Shown here in pieces: positions 59,359 to 64,000 of a stretch of DNA of 64,000 bases. The notes under the pieces are model-generated. The model worked only from the letters and a program-made list of their open reading frames with translations, was not told where the DNA came from and searched no databases. The position numbers and the translations under genes were made by a program. How positions within the stretch are numbered: the first letter of the stretch is position 1; each line of letters opens with the position of its first letter. Origin of the DNA: the human T2T-CHM13v2.0 reference genome, Homo sapiens; assembly GCF_009914755.1 (NCBI RefSeq), contig NC_060945.1; one strand, written 5' to 3'.

Positions 59359-62300
59359 TAGGGGAGTGCCATATCCCCCAGCAGCACATTAAGAAATAAT
59401 CCAATTACAATTTAAATAACCATTGTTTCAACACTTTCTCTAAGTGGTGAATGTATTCTTCAGTCTCTTGGTTGATCTGAACTAATAGAAACCAAGGAAA
59501 CTGTTATCACATACCAAATCCTCAACTTCTCAACACCAAGTTGCAATTTCCTTAATACTGAAGCACACGTCAGTTCAGTTCTATAAGCTCCCATGGAGCA
59601 ATGATTTCAATAAACACAATTTCATAAGCATCCCACACGTTCTCAAGTTTAGGCCAATTTTGCTCTTACTCAACTCCATATGACTTTAAAAATGCAGGAA
59701 TATTAAAACCATTATCAAGGACTCCAAATAGGTCAATGTATTATCTGTGGTTTTAAGAAAGAAACCTAAGAGGAGAGTAATTATTTTGTCACCATTATTT
59801 AGCTTAAAATAACTTTTAAATGTATTGTTCCAATTATTAGGCTTCTCCATATAATTTGGAAACCATTAAATGAGTTTCAACTTCTTTGTCCGTATAACTG
59901 GGTATATCTGAGCATAGATGCTACAGACATCACGTTGCCATTGGTGCCCATAAGGCTTCGTATGCCCACAGGGCATATAATTAAGATTCACAAAAGCATC
60001 TGACTGGCATCCCACTCTACCCCCGACTCAGATCCAAAGTATCCTTTCCCAGGTACTGTCCCCTGTCACCATCCTTGGCCAAATTGAGAATTTATCCCAG
60101 GTTGTTGAAATTAATTTTGATTTTGATTCTAGTCAGAGTTTTAAATGATTTTTTAAGAAGTGTGTCAATCTCACCTATAAGATACTAAACAGCATCACTT
60201 ATTTTTGTCTTAATCTGTCACTATTTTATGAATTATTTTTAAAGAAAATACAGATTACTTCTTAAAGAAAGATCATAAGTGGCACTATAATAGCATTCAA
60301 TTGATAGAAATTGATGTAGAAGCCTGCATTAATAATTTTTCCTGCTGCTTTCTAAAGTTGGCTTTTAGTTTTCGGTTGAGGTGGGCTTTAATTCAGCATC
60401 ACCTCATTTGATGATTTATTTACTAATTTATTTCCATCACAAATGGAATCAGAAATGAAGCGAAGGCAAAAAATCTTTGCCACAAATTCATTTATATTTG
60501 CATGAGTATCACCAGGCTACCTGCGGATGCAATGAAGCCCTATACCCGTGCCTGAAGTCAGGAGCACAGGACACTGGGAGTCTGTCTCAGCGCAGTAACT
60601 GCTACATGGTACGCTCCACATGGTATCCTCTCCACCTGAGCCCTCCTCATCCCTCGCCCCCTCTCCACACCTCACCCTCTCCACACTGTATTATCTCCCA
60701 CTGCAAGCAACGCAGAGGACACAGAGGTGCAGCTGAAGTGAAGGCAGGCCAGTTCTTTTCCAATTCACTCTTATGAAAATGTGTTAAATCCCGTTAAATG
60801 CACCGACCTGAACTGAAACGATGATATCAGTAAATTTGTTGTTGTCATCTGATGCCCACACAGATCTCAGCACATGTTTTGGGAAAGGCTGCAGTGTTCA
60901 AGGAGTACTAGAAATGTTCTTTCTGAGTGGACTGGCCATGATAAGCCAAAGAATATTATAGCCGATAGGGATAAATCATGGTTTTCCCACTGCGCGGTTG
61001 CCTGGTGGAGATTATTCCAGCCTTTATTTACAGCTACAAAAATAATCCTGCCTCAAGGATTTTAGGAAGCAACCACCTCCTGCCTAAAGAACTACACTGC
61101 ATTGTTGACTTGCCAGCTAGAAACCAGACATGAGTCGTGCAGGGAAGTTCCCTTTGAACGGCTTGAATTGTTGTCACTAGAGGGTGCTAAATGCCCCTCA
61201 AAAAGGCCTTTAGAGAGAATACTAGTGTGCCTAATTCTTGATTTAAATTCCTTGAATTGACATTATTTTACAAAGTGGTCTCATTTTTTACTTGTTAAAA
61301 TTAAGATCTAACATTTATAATGCAGAAATGGTGTTTTTTTTTTGAAAAATTTGGATTGTTCATTATTATAGAACATAAAGAAATACACGTTTTAGGAGCA
61401 AACATGAATTACACAGATCTGAATATAAGATTAAAGGCATAAATCTGGGGGGGTGAGATTTGTCCATGGAAATTGTATAATTGTTTTATGCCACTGTTAA
61501 TGATTTTAAAGCCTGAAAAATTTACCACTTTACAATAATTTTAGATTGTTCAATATGTTCCCAAATGTGAGTTGCATCAAATTCGGTAAATGTAGAGTAT
61601 GTTTGTTTTCTCTGTACACAATACTGACGTCAGTGCTAGTGCCTGCCTAAACTCAGACACCAGTAGATCCTTTTCCAGAACTAAGTGTTATAGGAGGAAT
61701 ATGGATTATACTGTAATATATCAGATGTGAAAAAAGCCTCACGGTCCCTTCCTTTCTCAAAAAAAACGTGTAGTATTTTGGAATATGCATGGAGTATAGC
61801 ACTTCTAAAAATGGTACTTTATGTATATATGAAGTAAAATAGGCCTTAAAACTTAATATACAGATTTCCTTGAAAATAATCTTATTATACATTTACACTG
61901 ACTTTTTGGTCATCCAAACATTATGCACTTAAGCAAAAAGAAATATAACCAATTTTGCAACTTTCCTCTTCCTGCCTTTGCTTCTACTTAAAAATATCTG
62001 CAGTATTTCCTTTTCTCGCCGCTTCCACTTTGGTTCATATACCAAGGAATCGTGAGGTCAATGGGTGACAGTTGTTTGTCTGTGTTCACGGCTGTCGGGC
62101 GGGGCTGGGTGTGGGTAAGGCTCTGACCGACATCTGAAGAGGCTTCACCCACTGCGGTTTAGGATACATTTTCCTCTCGCTCTGCCAGTAGAACAGGGAG
62201 GCTAGTTTTCAATGTGTTCTACAGAAGGATAATTAAGGCAGTGTGTCACCTGCTCGTCTGCTATTTTTAAAAGGAAACAAACATAACCTTTGCATGTGAG

Positions 62301-62789
62301 AGGCATTGCAAACTAGATGGGAGGAGGCCCGGACCCTGTAACAGTCGTACATTCCGGTCCCAGCTTCGCTGGGGTGCAACTGCAGATAAAAGACGCTGGC
62401 TCGACAAAAAGCGCCCCTGGGCTCTGCATTGCCAGCATGCACAATACGAATTGCTAATGATGAGCTGGCTTAGGTAGGAACTGAGGACCCTGAGTGCAGG
62501 GCTAACCTCTGCTTCACAGGAGGGGTCCACTGGCGCGCGCTGGAGGCGGGGAGCCTTCGTGATATTTCTCCGAAGGGAAGAGTCCATGCAGCATCCTGAT
62601 AACAGGGACCTTGGCTTCATCCCCAACTGCTCGGTGACCCCGATGCGTCATTTAATTCATTTGTGCCAATATTCCTTTTTCAATCAACCAGTAACTTTGC
62701 AGGTTTGTTCAAAGAAGAAATTAAAATGCATTGGAGATGGAAGGCAGCCATCTTCCCGGAGCCCCAGTGCTGACACTGGGAGGGGAACC

Positions 62790-62879
62790 CCAGGATTCCC
62801 TCATGACTGTGTCAGTGATGGCCCTCAACAAGCACTTACTGAATGAGTGAATGAATGAATGAATGAATGAATGAATGAA
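62790..62879 (+). mobile_element. L2 3' end with (GAAT)n tail
   Basis: ccctcaacaagcacttactgaatgagtgaatgaatgaat... Confidence 0.7.
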
Positions 62880-63266
62880 GCCGGCCACAGAGCCCAGGAG
62901 TATCAGGGGAGAGCAATACTGGCTGTGTCAGTGGCTAGTCCAGGAGAGCCCTTCAAGAGCCCAGAGTTCGACTTGAACTTGGGACTCCCCTGGGATGGGT
63001 GAGGTTCTCTCAACAGCAGTTGACAGGAGGGAACTGGGACAGGCCCAGCCAGTTTCATTCAGTCCAGCCAGCTGTGGCTCCTCTTTAGGAATGTGGCCAG
63101 GCCCAGCTGTGGCCAAAGCACCAGCCAGTCCCTCAGTTCTGAACAGAACGTGCCCAGCATCAGTGCCTTCATTTGTTTTTAAACTGCCTGCTGACCATCC
63201 ACAAAGTTAAGATGACAGCTGGGACTTAAGTTGTGAGGAACCAATGGCTCCCCCATCACTCTCTCT

Positions 63267-63884
63267 CACACACACGCACATGCACACACACAGAGACACA
63301 CAGACACACACACATGCACACACACAGAGACACACAAACACACATGCACACACACAGACACACACACGCACATGCACACACACAGACACACACACGCACA
63401 TGCACACACACAGACACACAGACACACACACATGCACATACACAGACGCACATAGACACATGCACAGAAGCACACAGACACATATACAGACACACACAGC
63501 ATGCACACAGACCCACATACACATACACACAGACACACACATACACCCACACATGTGAAAACACACACACAAAGACACATACATACACACAGGTGCAAAG
63601 ACAAACACACAGACACACATAAACACACATATATATACACAGATACACACACTGACACACACAAACATGCCCACAGACACATACACAGACACAAAGACAG
63701 ACACACATACACATAGATGTATGCACACAGACACACAGAAGCACACAAACACAGACACACAAACACACAGGCACACAGAAGCACACACACACACATACAC
63801 ACAAAGACAGACACATATAAACACACATATACACACATGCACACACATATATACACACAGACACACAGGCAAACACAGACACAC
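63267..63884. repeat. Long degenerate (CA)n tandem repeat (about 620 bp)
   Basis: Variant units such as cacacacgcacatgcacacacacaga. Source of the CV/HT-repeat ORFs. Confidence 0.95.
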
Positions 63885-64000
63885 AATGGATGGTATCGAT
63901 ATCTATGAACAGATGAGAGAGAGAGACAGAGCAGGAGGTCATCTGCTCCCCACCCCTCTTCTCCCCACTGTCACCACCTCTCTCCCAAGTCTAGCTGCAG

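Noticed and set aside
63207-63942. 200+ aa Cys/Val or His/Thr-rich ORFs (similar ones at 7640-7909 and 29155-29410)
   Set aside because: Translations of dinucleotide repeats.

Overview
This is human (or great-ape) genomic DNA from inside the ETS transcription-factor gene ERG (chr21q22), which lies on the minus strand. Only two coding exons are present. The first is the proximal-promoter (ERG3/479-aa isoform) first exon, encoding MASTIK (CDS 53673-53690). The second is the 218-bp exon 846-1063 (EALSVV...NGSR; 'exon 4' in TMPRSS2:ERG numbering). A 52,609-bp GT-AG intron joins them in frame. Sequence above about 53815 is the proximal promoter and also intron of distal-promoter transcripts. The rest is intronic: a processed SNRPG pseudogene with target-site duplications (TSDs) and a nested Alu, about 15 Alus, L1/L2/MIR fragments, MLT1 LTRs, MER44, Tigger3 and Charlie DNA-transposon fossils, and simple repeats. 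Nearly all ORFs in the supplied track are spurious. I see no convincing new biological system. The best leads are regulatory or structural: a ~90-bp local duplication carrying ETS sites that brackets a dense ETS/GATA/RUNX cluster (43.5-45.3 kb), tandem NF-Y boxes just upstream of the fusion-acceptor exon, inverted Alus flanking that exon, cryptic acceptors and an AATAAA in the first exon, and a candidate antisense exon. Repeat subfamily names are from memory of consensus sequences and their boundaries are approximate.
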